Shown here piece after piece: positions 28,638 through 37,598 of a stretch of DNA of 64,000 nucleotides (its first letter is position 1; every line of letters begins with the position of its first letter). This stretch comes from a virus (Duplodnaviria; Caudoviricetes), in the IMG/VR virus record IMGVR_UViG_3300037840_000041, positions 1,549 to 65,548 of that record; one strand, given 5' to 3'. The position numbers and the translations under genes are program-made. Under the pieces are notes generated by a model. The model saw only the letters and a program-made list of their open reading frames with translations. It searched no databases and had not been told where the DNA came from.

Positions 28638-28747
28638 AGTCAAGGGGTACGCAAACCGGGTACGCGGGCGGGTACATGCCGGGTACGCGGTACGAATTTT
28701 GGCCTAAGTCATTGAACTGTGGCGGAGATTTTTTCGTACCCGGCTGG
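28638..28747 (-). promoter_or_regulatory. GGGTAC array B with adjacent TTGACT -35 box and IHF-like site
   Basis: GGGTAC at 28645, 28658, 28670, 28681; GGTAC 28689; TAAGTCATTGAA (CATTGAA at 28710); inverted CGTACCCGG 28735; TTGACT on minus strand at 28638-28643. Confidence 0.75.
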
Positions 28748-28866
28748 TGAGGCCAGAATGCCAGTTTCCACATTTATTTTTGCCGAGGCTGGCGAAGGGG
28801 CTGGCGCTAATTCAATTTTATCTATAGTTGGGGGACAGCGACTCATTCGCCATGGAGCCCTGACCC

Positions 28867-29355
28867 ATGATTACTTACTACGGCATCCCCGGCAGCAACC
28901 TTGTCAAATTCGGCAACAGCGACGACCACAAGATGGCCGAACCGTTGCCGATTCGGTGGGACCTCGCGCAACACGGCACGTTCGCATGGGGCCATCTGAC
29001 GGTCGGCACCAAGGAAGTCCCCGCGCACGTCCCCGGCGCCGCGCAAGTCGCGCTGGCGCTATGCGCCCACGCCCTGGCCGATGATCGCCGGGCGCTGGCG
29101 CTGTATCAGCGCTTCAAGATGCGCGCGATGGACAAGTGGAAGGCCACCGAGCCGTGGGCGATCACCGTCGAGGAGATCAGCGCGGTTTGTGATCAGATCG
29201 AACTCGATGCGCAGGCGACCGAAAAGGAGCGGATTGCTGCGGACAAAGACCGGCCGCCGGTCGAGCGGGAAACCGGCGGCGCCGACTTCGGCAAGGGAGG
29301 CGTCGTTTGGGATACCGACGAGCGCGGAAGACCAATCAGCAACGGAGAAAAGTGA
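28867..29355 (+). CDS. DUF6166-like protein
   Basis: 'F.WG....G.AQ.ALAL...LADD..AL.LYQRFK' motif; GGAG RBS; first gene of the rightward operon. Confidence 0.65.
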   Translation: MITYYGIPGSNLVKFGNSDDHKMAEPLPIRWDLAQHGTFAWGHLTVGTKEVPAHVPGAAQVALALCAHALADDRRALALYQRFKMRAMDKWKATEPWAITVEEISAVCDQIELDAQATEKERIAADKDRPPVERETGGADFGKGGVVWDTDERGRPISNGEK

Positions 29356-29540
29356 TGGCCCTGACAAAGAAACAAGCGGATGCCCTCTCGGTCCTGGAGA
29401 CCGAGGTCAATCTTCTTGCGAAGTCCCGCAAGATCCAGACCGACGCCGATCGCGCGCTCGTCAACCTGATGATTCGGATTATCGAGACCGAGTTGTATGG
29501 CGAGCCGAAGACCGTGCCGCTGAGTTCGCACCATGTCTAA
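29355..29540 (+). CDS. Small hypothetical protein
   Basis: TGATG coupling; GGAG RBS. Confidence 0.6.
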   Translation: MALTKKQADALSVLETEVNLLAKSRKIQTDADRALVNLMIRIIETELYGEPKTVPLSSHHV

Positions 29541-29700
29541 GGGCGCGCTCGACGACATCGCGCGGCTAAAGCGCATCCGCTACGAGACGAAGGGCGCTGG
29601 CGCCCTCCGCGCGACGAAGCCGATCAAGCCGCAACTCGAAAAGCTTCGCAAGGATATGGCGAAGGCCACCAAGCGCGGGAAAAAGAAGGGGCGGCGATGA
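29533..29700 (+). CDS. Small basic hypothetical protein, 55 aa (MSKGALDDIARLKR...)
   Basis: Read manually, below the ORF-track cut-off; overlaps both neighbours. Confidence 0.55.
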   Translation: MSKGALDDIARLKRIRYETKGAGALRATKPIKPQLEKLRKDMAKATKRGKKKGRR

Positions 29701-29891
29701 ACCATAAGATCGTGCTGATGGCTGCTGCGCTGCGCGCGGCTAAGCGAGTTATCGCCGATGAGCGGCGAGCGCAGTTCGATTGTTTCACGATCGCGCCAGA
29801 TCGCTCTTATGACCAGATGTGCGCTAGTGAACGCGCTGCCATCAGGCGCTTTGACCGCGCGATCAAGAAAATTAACGAGGCGCTCCGATGA
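29697..29891 (+). CDS. Small hypothetical protein
   Basis: ATGA overlap. Confidence 0.55.
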   Translation: MNHKIVLMAAALRAAKRVIADERRAQFDCFTIAPDRSYDQMCASERAAIRRFDRAIKKINEALR

Positions 29892-29994
29892 TCGACCCGG
29901 GATATCGCAAGTCGGTGGTCTATCCGTTCCTGTATGTCATCGCGCCAGCGGCATCGATCATACTGATCGCGGTCATCACGCTTGGAGTCGCCCG

Positions 29995-30270
29995 ATGAAA
30001 TCGCGACCGCTCTTACCATCACGATCCGTAGATGTAACCGCGCTGCACATGGAATTAGTGCGCGATCTGTCGGCCGTCGTGAATGCCTTTAACCATGCGC
30101 ATCCCGAGGTTGATACGGCCGAAGTCATGGCGTGCCTCGGGACAACGGCTGGCGCTTGCATATCGTCAGCGCCGACCGAGAGCGAAAGAACGCGCGCTCG
30201 GGACAGCGTCGTCAGCAGCCTCGATAAAGCGATCGAGGATTTTTTGTTCGCGCGGGAGAATCGGCAATGA
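29995..30270 (+). CDS. Hypothetical protein
   Basis: ATG 29995 with GGAG RBS. Confidence 0.55.
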   Translation: MKSRPLLPSRSVDVTALHMELVRDLSAVVNAFNHAHPEVDTAEVMACLGTTAGACISSAPTESERTRARDSVVSSLDKAIEDFLFARENRQ

Positions 30271-30461
30271 AGAGCCGCCATTGTCCATTTTCGTATCTCG
30301 CCACGCCGCAGCAACCATGTTGGGGCGACGACGTGTTTTACGAGATCACTGAGGACGGCGGAGAAATCTACACGTGCGAAGGCCACACGATGTGCTCGCT
30401 TTGGCTCGGGACTAGCGACGAGGAAAACATCAACCGATATCAGGTGGAGGCAAAACCATGA
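30267..30461 (+). CDS. Small Cys/His-containing hypothetical protein
   Basis: ATGA overlaps on both sides. Confidence 0.55.
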   Translation: MKSRHCPFSYLATPQQPCWGDDVFYEITEDGGEIYTCEGHTMCSLWLGTSDEENINRYQVEAKP

Positions 30462-31747
30462 AAGCCGACGTTCCGCGAGAGTATAATCTTATCGAGCTAC
30501 GTGCCGAAAACTTCAAAGCGCTGAAGGCCGTCCGCATCACGCCTGACGGCGGCATCTTCAAGATATCGGGGAGGAACGCCGCTGGGAAAAGTTCGGTTTT
30601 AGATGCTGTCTCGGCTGGCTTGGCTGGCCGCAAGGCCTTCCCGAAAGAGCCGATCCGACAGGGCGCGGAGGAAGCCATCATCGAACTGGACTTCGGCGGT
30701 CTGCAGCTGAAGCGCCGGATTACCCGCAAGGATGGCGGTGGCTTTACCGATACGCTGACATTGCAGTTCGCGGACGGCAAGCGGCCGAAGGAGCCGCAAC
30801 ACATTCTCGATACTTTGCGGGGATCGCCGATCGCCGACGATCCAATTGCGTTTGCCAGGCTTAAGCCGAAGGACCGTTATGATCTGCTCAAGCAATTGGT
30901 CCCGGACTTCGACTTCGACGATCACGCAGAGAAGCGCCGCGAACTGTTCGACGAGCGCACGGCAACGGGCCGCGAATTTGAGCGCGCCAAAGGCTTCGCG
31001 GAGTCCATCGTTCTGCCGCTGAATTGCCCGACGACATCGGTCGACGTCACCGAGTTGGCCGCAAAGCTCCGCGAGGCCGGCGAGCACAACAACAAGCTAG
31101 AACGGCGCACCCGCCGCCGGCAGGAGTTGGCGGCGAATATCGAAACTGCTCGCGATGAGGCCGACCGGAAGACAGCGCAGGCAAACGCCCTGATGAGGGA
31201 GGTTGAAGCCCTGAACCTTCAGGCGGCGGCAGATGAGGCCACGCTGAAGAATGCTGAGCCTCTCCCCGACCCGATCAGCACCGCGCTAATCGAACAACAG
31301 ATTGCCGACGCGGATACCCGCAACAACGCAGCGCGGCGCGCCGGCGAGAAGTCCGCGGCCATCGCCAAGCGCGACAACCTCGAAAAAACCTATGACGATC
31401 TGACCAGCAAGATCTCGGAGTCCGACAAGGCCAAGGCCGAAGCGATCGCCCAGGCGAAGCTTCCGGTGCCTGAGATCACCTTCGGCGAGGACGATATACT
31501 TTTGGACGGCCTGCCGTTCGATCAGGCGTCCACCGCGCGCAAGATCAGGGTCTCGACCGCGCTGCTGATGGCGCTGAAGCCAAGTCTGCGCGTGCTGCTG
31601 GTCCGCGAAGGTTCCCTTCTCGACCGAGATGCGCGCGCCGCCCTCGAAGCCGACGCCAAGGCAAACAACTTCGTGGTGCTGATGGAATGCGTATCAGAAA
31701 GCATCGACGGCGACGGCGTGATGATCGAAGACGGGGAGATAGTATGA
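30458..31747 (+). CDS. SMC/Rad50-like AAA ATPase with coiled coil
   Basis: 'ENFK.LKAV', Walker A GRNAAGKSS, coiled coil, 'QASTA.KIRVS', 'LVREGSLLD'. Confidence 0.85.
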   Translation: MKADVPREYNLIELRAENFKALKAVRITPDGGIFKISGRNAAGKSSVLDAVSAGLAGRKAFPKEPIRQGAEEAIIELDFGGLQLKRRITRKDGGGFTDTLTLQFADGKRPKEPQHILDTLRGSPIADDPIAFARLKPKDRYDLLKQLVPDFDFDDHAEKRRELFDERTATGREFERAKGFAESIVLPLNCPTTSVDVTELAAKLREAGEHNNKLERRTRRRQELAANIETARDEADRKTAQANALMREVEALNLQAAADEATLKNAEPLPDPISTALIEQQIADADTRNNAARRAGEKSAAIAKRDNLEKTYDDLTSKISESDKAKAEAIAQAKLPVPEITFGEDDILLDGLPFDQASTARKIRVSTALLMALKPSLRVLLVREGSLLDRDARAALEADAKANNFVVLMECVSESIDGDGVMIEDGEIV

Positions 31748-32130
31748 TGTCATCGACCGCGCCCATGACACGCGAAGAACTGCTGCCGTGCCCACTATGT
31801 AATGGGAAATCTGATATCATATTTCCCGATACCGATGCCGAAATCTTCTGCACCGAATGCGATCTCACACTTGAGTCTAGAAGTGGCGAGACCATCAATC
31901 AACTCAAATCGCGATGGAACAAGCGCATTCCTGCCCAATGTGTGCCTTCGCCGCCAGAACCCTACTGGCTTCCGTTCAAAGTTGTAGGCGGCTGCATCCG
32001 TGATGCCAAGGACAATTACGTTGCGGAGCTATCCAGCCCGTTCGGAGGGAATGTCCGCGATGCGATGGCGGCGTTTCTGGTGGCAGCCGCGAACACATTT
32101 TCATCGGCGGAATGCGGAGAAGGGAAATGA
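31744..32130 (+). CDS. Lar-like restriction alleviation zinc-finger protein
   Basis: 'LLPCPLCNG...I.C..C......WNKR' pattern. Confidence 0.65.
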   Translation: MMSSTAPMTREELLPCPLCNGKSDIIFPDTDAEIFCTECDLTLESRSGETINQLKSRWNKRIPAQCVPSPPEPYWLPFKVVGGCIRDAKDNYVAELSSPFGGNVRDAMAAFLVAAANTFSSAECGEGK

Positions 32131-32342
32131 GCGGCCCCTATCAGGACTACTGCAACGCAAACTATGGTCCAGAGGATATTGACGACACTTGCCCAAACTG
32201 CGGAGGCGAAGGCGTCGTCTATTGCTGCCAAGACGAGATTGGTTGCGTTGATCCCGAATCCGGCTGCAACCTTTGCGAGCGCCGCTGCGATTGGTGCCGT
32301 CCCCGCCCTCCCCGATCCTCCCGCCCAACGATAGAGGGATGA
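32127..32342 (+). CDS. Small Cys-rich protein
   Basis: CPNCGGEG...CC...C...C..C...CDWC; ATGA overlaps. Confidence 0.6.
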   Translation: MSGPYQDYCNANYGPEDIDDTCPNCGGEGVVYCCQDEIGCVDPESGCNLCERRCDWCRPRPPRSSRPTIEG

Positions 32343-32734
32343 AGATGAGCGACGAAGCATTTCTGATCGGCGACGGCAAAATCCAGCGGATCACAGGCCA
32401 ACGCGGTGAAACGCCACCCTGTCCGGGAGCGAAGTTTGCGCGCGGCGATGTTGTCAAGGTTCGCAACACCAACGCGATGGCGAATTTTCCGCGGGAGGCT
32501 GTTGTTGCCGTCGCTATCCCGCCCGGATTCTCGCCGGATCATGCGCTCGCTGATCTTCTAGGCGAACCGCGCGCCTTGATGGCACAGGTCGGCGCACGAA
32601 GCATCACTTACATTTTGGTCCGCGAGGACGATCCAAAACCCTATCTCGCTCACGAGCGAGATTTGCTGCCGAGCGGAAAAGACCCCGTTGAAATTGGAAC
32701 GGTGAGCCGCGGTCCAGACGGAGCCCGCCCATGA
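32339..32734 (+). CDS. Hypothetical protein (SH3-like)
   Basis: 'KFARGDVVKVR' strand motif; overlaps neighbours. Confidence 0.55.
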   Translation: MKMSDEAFLIGDGKIQRITGQRGETPPCPGAKFARGDVVKVRNTNAMANFPREAVVAVAIPPGFSPDHALADLLGEPRALMAQVGARSITYILVREDDPKPYLAHERDLLPSGKDPVEIGTVSRGPDGARP

Positions 32735-32931
32735 CCAACCCCCCGAGCCGTGCGGAGACAATGGGCGACGGCGCGAGAGCATTTGCAGCCTACTCTTTGC
32801 GTCGTGGTTTGGCGACAACATCTATTCGCTTTTTGAGAAACGAAACTGAGCACTGGATCGCGAAAGAAGAACAAGCTGGCATCGACGACTGGCAATTGAT
32901 CGAAGTCGGGATCAAGAGGATTCAGCCATGA
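32731..32931 (+). CDS. Small hypothetical protein
   Basis: ATGA overlaps. Confidence 0.5.
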   Translation: MTNPPSRAETMGDGARAFAAYSLRRGLATTSIRFLRNETEHWIAKEEQAGIDDWQLIEVGIKRIQP

Positions 32932-33908
32932 CAACCCGTGCGGAGAGGGAGAGGCTGGCCGACAAACTTGAGGACTTCGCGCCCAAGTATGATTCCCCCA
33001 TGGGGCGCACGATGCGCGAAGCTGCTGTCGCCCTCCGCCGCTCGGAGATGGAGAGGCTGGCGGACGGCCGTGAAGATACCAGCATTGGCGGCGTGACATG
33101 GCATTCGAGCGAGGAAGATGGTGGTCCTGACGTCGGGATCAGCCTCTATCTAGGCCCCGATGATCGGCTGTGGGCTGGCGAGATCAGCCGCCGCACTTTC
33201 GACGAAAACAACAACCTGAATTTCCAGAGCGACGGTGGATGGTTTTTAGTCCGCTATACCGGCAAAGAAGCGAAAATCATTGCCAAGTTTGGCGAACTGG
33301 ATTGCCAGCAAGATGGGCGCGAGTTCATCGAATGGATAGCCGGGGCCCTCCGCTCCCTCCCGGATGCGCGGGAGGCGTTGGGGCCGGTCGCGTGGTGTCA
33401 GCCGATGGACAACGGCAAGCATACGCCGCGCAAATTCTATCTTTATTTCGACGACCCAGACCACGGCAATGGTGTGTTCGACAACGAGGTTGAGGCGCGG
33501 GCTGCTTTCGAGCGCGCCAACGTCGCATGGAATTGCTACCTGTTTGGGGCATTGCCACTTGCCACCCCTCCTTCATTGCCGCAAGCCGGGGAGAGCGAGA
33601 GGCCGCCAGAATGCGAAGAGGCTTTCGATCGAGATAAACTTTGCCCGCACCTAAAGGAAACGGACAACCGGGGTATCCTCTATCATTGCGATGTTTGCGA
33701 GCAAAAGCTGGTTGTACCCGACGAAGCCGGCGAGAGCCGCGAGGCGATCATTGAGGCGCTGGATGTTCCGCGCATCATGGAAGTCATCCGTTCGCGCTGG
33801 AACTATGAAGAGGACCAATTCAACGCAATCGAGCAAGTGCTTTCTGACGCACCTTGTGTCCGCGCCCTCGCCGCAGCGCGCCATCGGGGAGAGGCACCAG
33901 ATGCCTGA
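32928..33908 (+). CDS. Mosaic multi-module hypothetical protein
   Basis: Short modules joined by 'EAL.PVAW' and 'AGES' linkers, typical of phage early genes. Confidence 0.6.
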   Translation: MTTRAERERLADKLEDFAPKYDSPMGRTMREAAVALRRSEMERLADGREDTSIGGVTWHSSEEDGGPDVGISLYLGPDDRLWAGEISRRTFDENNNLNFQSDGGWFLVRYTGKEAKIIAKFGELDCQQDGREFIEWIAGALRSLPDAREALGPVAWCQPMDNGKHTPRKFYLYFDDPDHGNGVFDNEVEARAAFERANVAWNCYLFGALPLATPPSLPQAGESERPPECEEAFDRDKLCPHLKETDNRGILYHCDVCEQKLVVPDEAGESREAIIEALDVPRIMEVIRSRWNYEEDQFNAIEQVLSDAPCVRALAAARHRGEAPDA

Positions 33909-34080
33909 TCCGGCTCGCCTGATCGCCGAACTGCGGCGCCTGGCGTTGGTCGCCGCTGAAACCTCGCCCGGCATGCGCTGCCGGGTTTGCGGATCGCGCT
34001 GGCCGTTCGCCGAACCGCGCAAGCCCAGCCATGAAAAACACGAAGCAGATTGCCTGCTCGCTGAAGGAGTCGACGCATGA
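33901..34080 (+). CDS. Small zinc-binding hypothetical protein
   Basis: CRVC...H..DC; overlaps neighbours. Confidence 0.55.
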   Translation: MPDPARLIAELRRLALVAAETSPGMRCRVCGSRWPFAEPRKPSHEKHEADCLLAEGVDA

Positions 34081-34295
34081 CCAAGAAGAAACCGCCAACG
34101 AATGCTGCGGTCGGTGCCAAGCTGAAGGCAGCGCGCAAGAAGGCTGGACTGACGCAAGCCGAACTCGGCGACAAGATCGGCGCGTCCTATCAGACCATCT
34201 CGCAATATGAAACCGGAACTGCCGGCATGTCGGCGCTGCAGCTGGTCAATGCAGCGAAGGCGCTGAAGTGCTCGACGCTGGATTTGATACCATGA
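34077..34295 (+). CDS. XRE/Cro-C1 helix-turn-helix regulator
   Basis: 'VGAKLKAARKKAGLTQAELGDKIGASYQTISQYETG' canonical HTH_3. Confidence 0.9.
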   Translation: MTKKKPPTNAAVGAKLKAARKKAGLTQAELGDKIGASYQTISQYETGTAGMSALQLVNAAKALKCSTLDLIP

Positions 34296-34504
34296 AAGCC
34301 ATCTATGCTGCCGCCGACTTTCTAGCAGTCCCAACATCCCTAAGACACTCCTTGTTACGCCTAATTGCCTTCATCGCTATGAGCGTTTTGATGATCGTAA
34401 TCGGAAACCTTTCGTCGATCCCAGTCTCGGTTGGATGGATATTTGGCTACATATGGGGATCATTGACGACACTAGGAACCATCAGAGCCTTGGCTAAAGG
34501 CTAG
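34292..34504 (+). CDS. Small two-TM membrane protein, lower GC
   Basis: Two hydrophobic stretches; ATGA overlap. Confidence 0.55.
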   Translation: MKAIYAAADFLAVPTSLRHSLLRLIAFIAMSVLMIVIGNLSSIPVSVGWIFGYIWGSLTTLGTIRALAKG

Positions 34505-34566
34505 CCATCACTCAATTTATACTATAGAAGCGAGTCGCCCCGTTCCCCTGCAGATGGAGCCCAACG

Positions 34567-35643
34567 ATGACAAGCCAAGAAGCGCTCAAAGAGCGCGCCA
34601 TGATGTCCAGCTTCTACACGGCCCTCGGGCCGTTCCTGCCGGACGGCATCTACATCAACCTCAGCAACGAAGCCTACCACGCGGATAGCGCACTGGGTTC
34701 GACCAACGAGCGCGACCTACTGAAGGGCGCTAACGTCTATTGGGCGCGCTCGCCAATGAACAAGAAGCGTAAGAAGGAGAAGCGCACCGAGGCGAAGATC
34801 GTCGGGTCGGCAATCCATAAATTGTTGCTGGAGGGCCGCGAAGCATTCGACGCGGAATATGTCCGCGGGCCTTATGACGACGACTCCCATCTTTCCAGCG
34901 CCGAAAAATCTGCGCTGACCAAGGCCGCTAAAAAGATCTTGCTCGAAGGCCAAGAACTGATCGCCGCCGATATCTACGATTTTATTCTCGGTATCAAAGA
35001 GATCATCGACTCCGACCCGGAACTCGAAGGCTGCCTTGACGGTGGCCTGACCGAAGTTTCGATCTTCTGGACGCGCCCCGATGGCGTCCGATGTAAGGCG
35101 CGCATTGACGCACTGAAGCTTGGCGGCATCGGCGATCTGAAGTCCATCGCCAATGAGCGCGACCGCGATCTGGAGGAAGCCTGTCTTCTCGACATCAAAA
35201 CCTATCGCTACGATATCCCTGTGTCGCATTATTCCGAGGGGCGCCGGCAGATGGCCGATCTAGTAAAAGCTGGCGCTATTTTCTTCGGCGATGAAGCCGC
35301 CAAGATCAACCATCCCGGCGAGCGCACCGATGCCGAACAGAAGATCTTCGACTATTTGTGTGATTGCATCGCAACGCCGCGCTTTGGCCTTCAGATAGTC
35401 TTCATCCCGAAGCCAAATAAGACGGGGACGACCGCTCCCGATGCGTGGTCGGGGACGATCACGCCAGGGCTCGAGGTCGAGTTGATGGCGCGCACCGATA
35501 TCGAGACGGCCATCGAACGCTACAAGCGCGCCATTGAACAGTTTGGTCCCGACAAGCGCTGGACCCCGAATCGCGCAGTTGCCGAGATCACCGCCGACGA
35601 TTTACCGATGGGCTTCGGCCGCATGCGATCACGGGTGCGGTGA
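34567..35643 (+). CDS. recE: RecE/exonuclease VIII-like PD-(D/E)xK exonuclease (DUF3799)
   Basis: 'GIY..LSNEAYHAD.ALGST', 'GSAIH.LLLE', 'EVSIFW......CKARID.L....I.DLKS'; upstream of RecT. Confidence 0.8.
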   Translation: MTSQEALKERAMMSSFYTALGPFLPDGIYINLSNEAYHADSALGSTNERDLLKGANVYWARSPMNKKRKKEKRTEAKIVGSAIHKLLLEGREAFDAEYVRGPYDDDSHLSSAEKSALTKAAKKILLEGQELIAADIYDFILGIKEIIDSDPELEGCLDGGLTEVSIFWTRPDGVRCKARIDALKLGGIGDLKSIANERDRDLEEACLLDIKTYRYDIPVSHYSEGRRQMADLVKAGAIFFGDEAAKINHPGERTDAEQKIFDYLCDCIATPRFGLQIVFIPKPNKTGTTAPDAWSGTITPGLEVELMARTDIETAIERYKRAIEQFGPDKRWTPNRAVAEITADDLPMGFGRMRSRVR

Positions 35644-35783
35644 TGACGCCGGATCAAGCCGCTGACTTAGCCAGCACGGCGCACAGCATTCTAGATTGTG
35701 TGCGAGCGATCCTGATGTTCGTCACATTCATTGCATCAATGTCTATCATCGCCGCTATCTATACCGTCGTCAGAGGAAAATAA
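35643..35783 (+). CDS. Small single-TM protein, 46 aa
   Basis: Read manually (MTPDQAADL...IYTVVRGK); fills the gap between recE and recT. Confidence 0.5.
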   Translation: MTPDQAADLASTAHSILDCVRAILMFVTFIASMSIIAAIYTVVRGK

Positions 35784-35785
35784 TC

Positions 35786-37024
35786 ATGGCAACCGAAGCA
35801 GCAATACCGAATGCGAACACGCCGGCTGAAAAAGACGAAGGCTTCCGCGCCAGCTTCATGCGGATGGAGAGCCAGTTCGAATTGGCGCTTCCGCCGCACA
35901 TGCCGCCCGATCGGTTCATGCGCGTGGTACTGACAGCGGTCAACGGCAACCCTGATCTATTGAAGGCCGACCGCGCATCGCTGTTTGAAGCGGCGATGAA
36001 GGCCGCCCAGGACGGCCTCTTGCCGGACGGCCGCGAGGGCGCCTTGGTGATCTACAACACGAAGCTGCCGAAGGTCGACGGCGAACGTGATGTTTGGATC
36101 AAGAAAGTCCAATGGATGCCGATGATCGCCGGCATCCTGAAGCGCGTCCGCAATTCCGGGCAACTGAAAACCATCGTCGCCCGCGTGGTCTATGCCGGCG
36201 ATAAATATCGCTGCTGGATTGACGACGATGGTGAGCACGTCGAATTCGAGGCTGCGGAAGATCACGACACGAATATCGTTCGCCGGATCTTCGCTATGGC
36301 GAAGCTGAAGGACGACTCGGTCGAGGTCGAGGAGTTATTTCCTGCCGATGTCGAAAAGATGCGGGAGGCCAGCAAATCGAAAGGTGGCCCCGCTTGGGCG
36401 AACTGGTGGTCGGAGATGGCGAAAAAGGGCGCGCTCCGGCGCCTGTCCAAACGCTTGCCGATATCGGCCGATCTCGACGACTTGATCCGCCGTGACGACG
36501 AGCTTTACGATTTCAGCAGCGGCAAAGCGCCGGCGCTGGGCGAGCCCGTCAAGAACCCGTTGCGGGATTCCGCCCACGCCAAACTCGACAAGCCTGGCCA
36601 GACAATCGACGCCACGGCCAACCGCGATGAACCAGAAGGCGAAGCCGAAGCACGGGCCGAATCGATGGAAGCCATCAAGCGCGGAGAGCATGGACCTCGT
36701 GGCGATGATGCCTCACAAGCCTTAGGGAAGCCCGCTGAGGGGCCTTCGGATGATCAGGCGGCAAAGTCCGGGCCAACCCAAAATAACGCACAGCCGGCCA
36801 CGTCCGCAAAGGTCGAGCGGCCCTATACCGACGCCGCCAGCTATATCGACCATATGCGCGACGAATTCGACAAGGCCACCAGCGAGGCCTTCGTTTCCGA
36901 TCTATGGGGCAGCACCCGGAGGGACCGGCAAGAGTTACTGACCGACCTCGAGCAGTTGGGCGAATTGGAAAAGGACAAGAAGGCGACGATCGCAAAGCTG
37001 AAACTCAGGAAGGGCGGTGCGTGA
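35786..37024 (+). CDS. recT: RecT single-strand annealing recombinase
   Basis: Start ATG 35786 (GAGG RBS); 'ALP.H..PDRF.R..LT....NP.L...DR.SL..A....AQ.GL.PD' and 'W.EMAKK..LRRL.K.LP.S'. Confidence 0.92.
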   Translation: MATEAAIPNANTPAEKDEGFRASFMRMESQFELALPPHMPPDRFMRVVLTAVNGNPDLLKADRASLFEAAMKAAQDGLLPDGREGALVIYNTKLPKVDGERDVWIKKVQWMPMIAGILKRVRNSGQLKTIVARVVYAGDKYRCWIDDDGEHVEFEAAEDHDTNIVRRIFAMAKLKDDSVEVEELFPADVEKMREASKSKGGPAWANWWSEMAKKGALRRLSKRLPISADLDDLIRRDDELYDFSSGKAPALGEPVKNPLRDSAHAKLDKPGQTIDATANRDEPEGEAEARAESMEAIKRGEHGPRGDDASQALGKPAEGPSDDQAAKSGPTQNNAQPATSAKVERPYTDAASYIDHMRDEFDKATSEAFVSDLWGSTRRDRQELLTDLEQLGELEKDKKATIAKLKLRKGGA

Positions 37025-37371
37025 TGGCTACCACCGTCCCGGTTAGGATCGAACTGGCTGCTGAGGTTGTGCCACTCGGTGAAGGCCAGCACGCACGCAT
37101 GGGAATCGACCGTCTCCAGTTGCTAGCCACGTTCGAAGATGGCCACACCGAGAAATTCGAAGTGATCGGCACCAAGGGCATCTTCGCATCCGAAGAGATC
37201 GGCGACAAGCTCATCAAGTTCGGCAAAGCCATCAAGCGCGGCGGCCAGTATCGCCATCGACCGCTGGATTATCGAACGGCACTTGAGGGATTGATTGATG
37301 CGGTGACCAAAGACGCAAATGAGAAAGGCGGCAAGGGCATCAGCGGCTTTACCAGCGCGAGGCGCAAATGA
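37024..37371 (+). CDS. Hypothetical protein
   Basis: TGATG coupling with recT. Confidence 0.6.
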   Translation: MATTVPVRIELAAEVVPLGEGQHARMGIDRLQLLATFEDGHTEKFEVIGTKGIFASEEIGDKLIKFGKAIKRGGQYRHRPLDYRTALEGLIDAVTKDANEKGGKGISGFTSARRK

Positions 37372-37598
37372 TCCTGTCCTTCTCCGAGCGCCAGGAGCGC
37401 ATCAAGGCCCGCGCGGACGAATACCGCGCGCGCGAAGCCACAGAGGCGTCGGCGTCGGCCTCCCTGTTCGCGCTCCGCATGCGCGGCGACGACATCACGC
37501 ACACGCTTCGATCAAATGAGCCGCCGGTTCGCTTTGATGCAGAGCAGGCGCGGTACGAGGCCAGCATCGAATGGCTGAGGGGGTTTTTGAATGGGTGA
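37368..37598 (+). CDS. Hypothetical protein
   Basis: Overlaps both neighbours. Confidence 0.6.
   Translation: MILSFSERQERIKARADEYRAREATEASASASLFALRMRGDDITHTLRSNEPPVRFDAEQARYEASIEWLRGFLNG

Noticed and set aside
28191-28643. 150-aa minus-strand ORF in the control region
   Set aside because: Its TTG start is the -35 hexamer, it has no RBS or motif, and it overlaps the GapR-like gene
34077-34295. XRE protein as the CI immunity repressor
   Set aside because: 72 aa, no peptidase domain, and located mid-operon rather than at the divergent promoter
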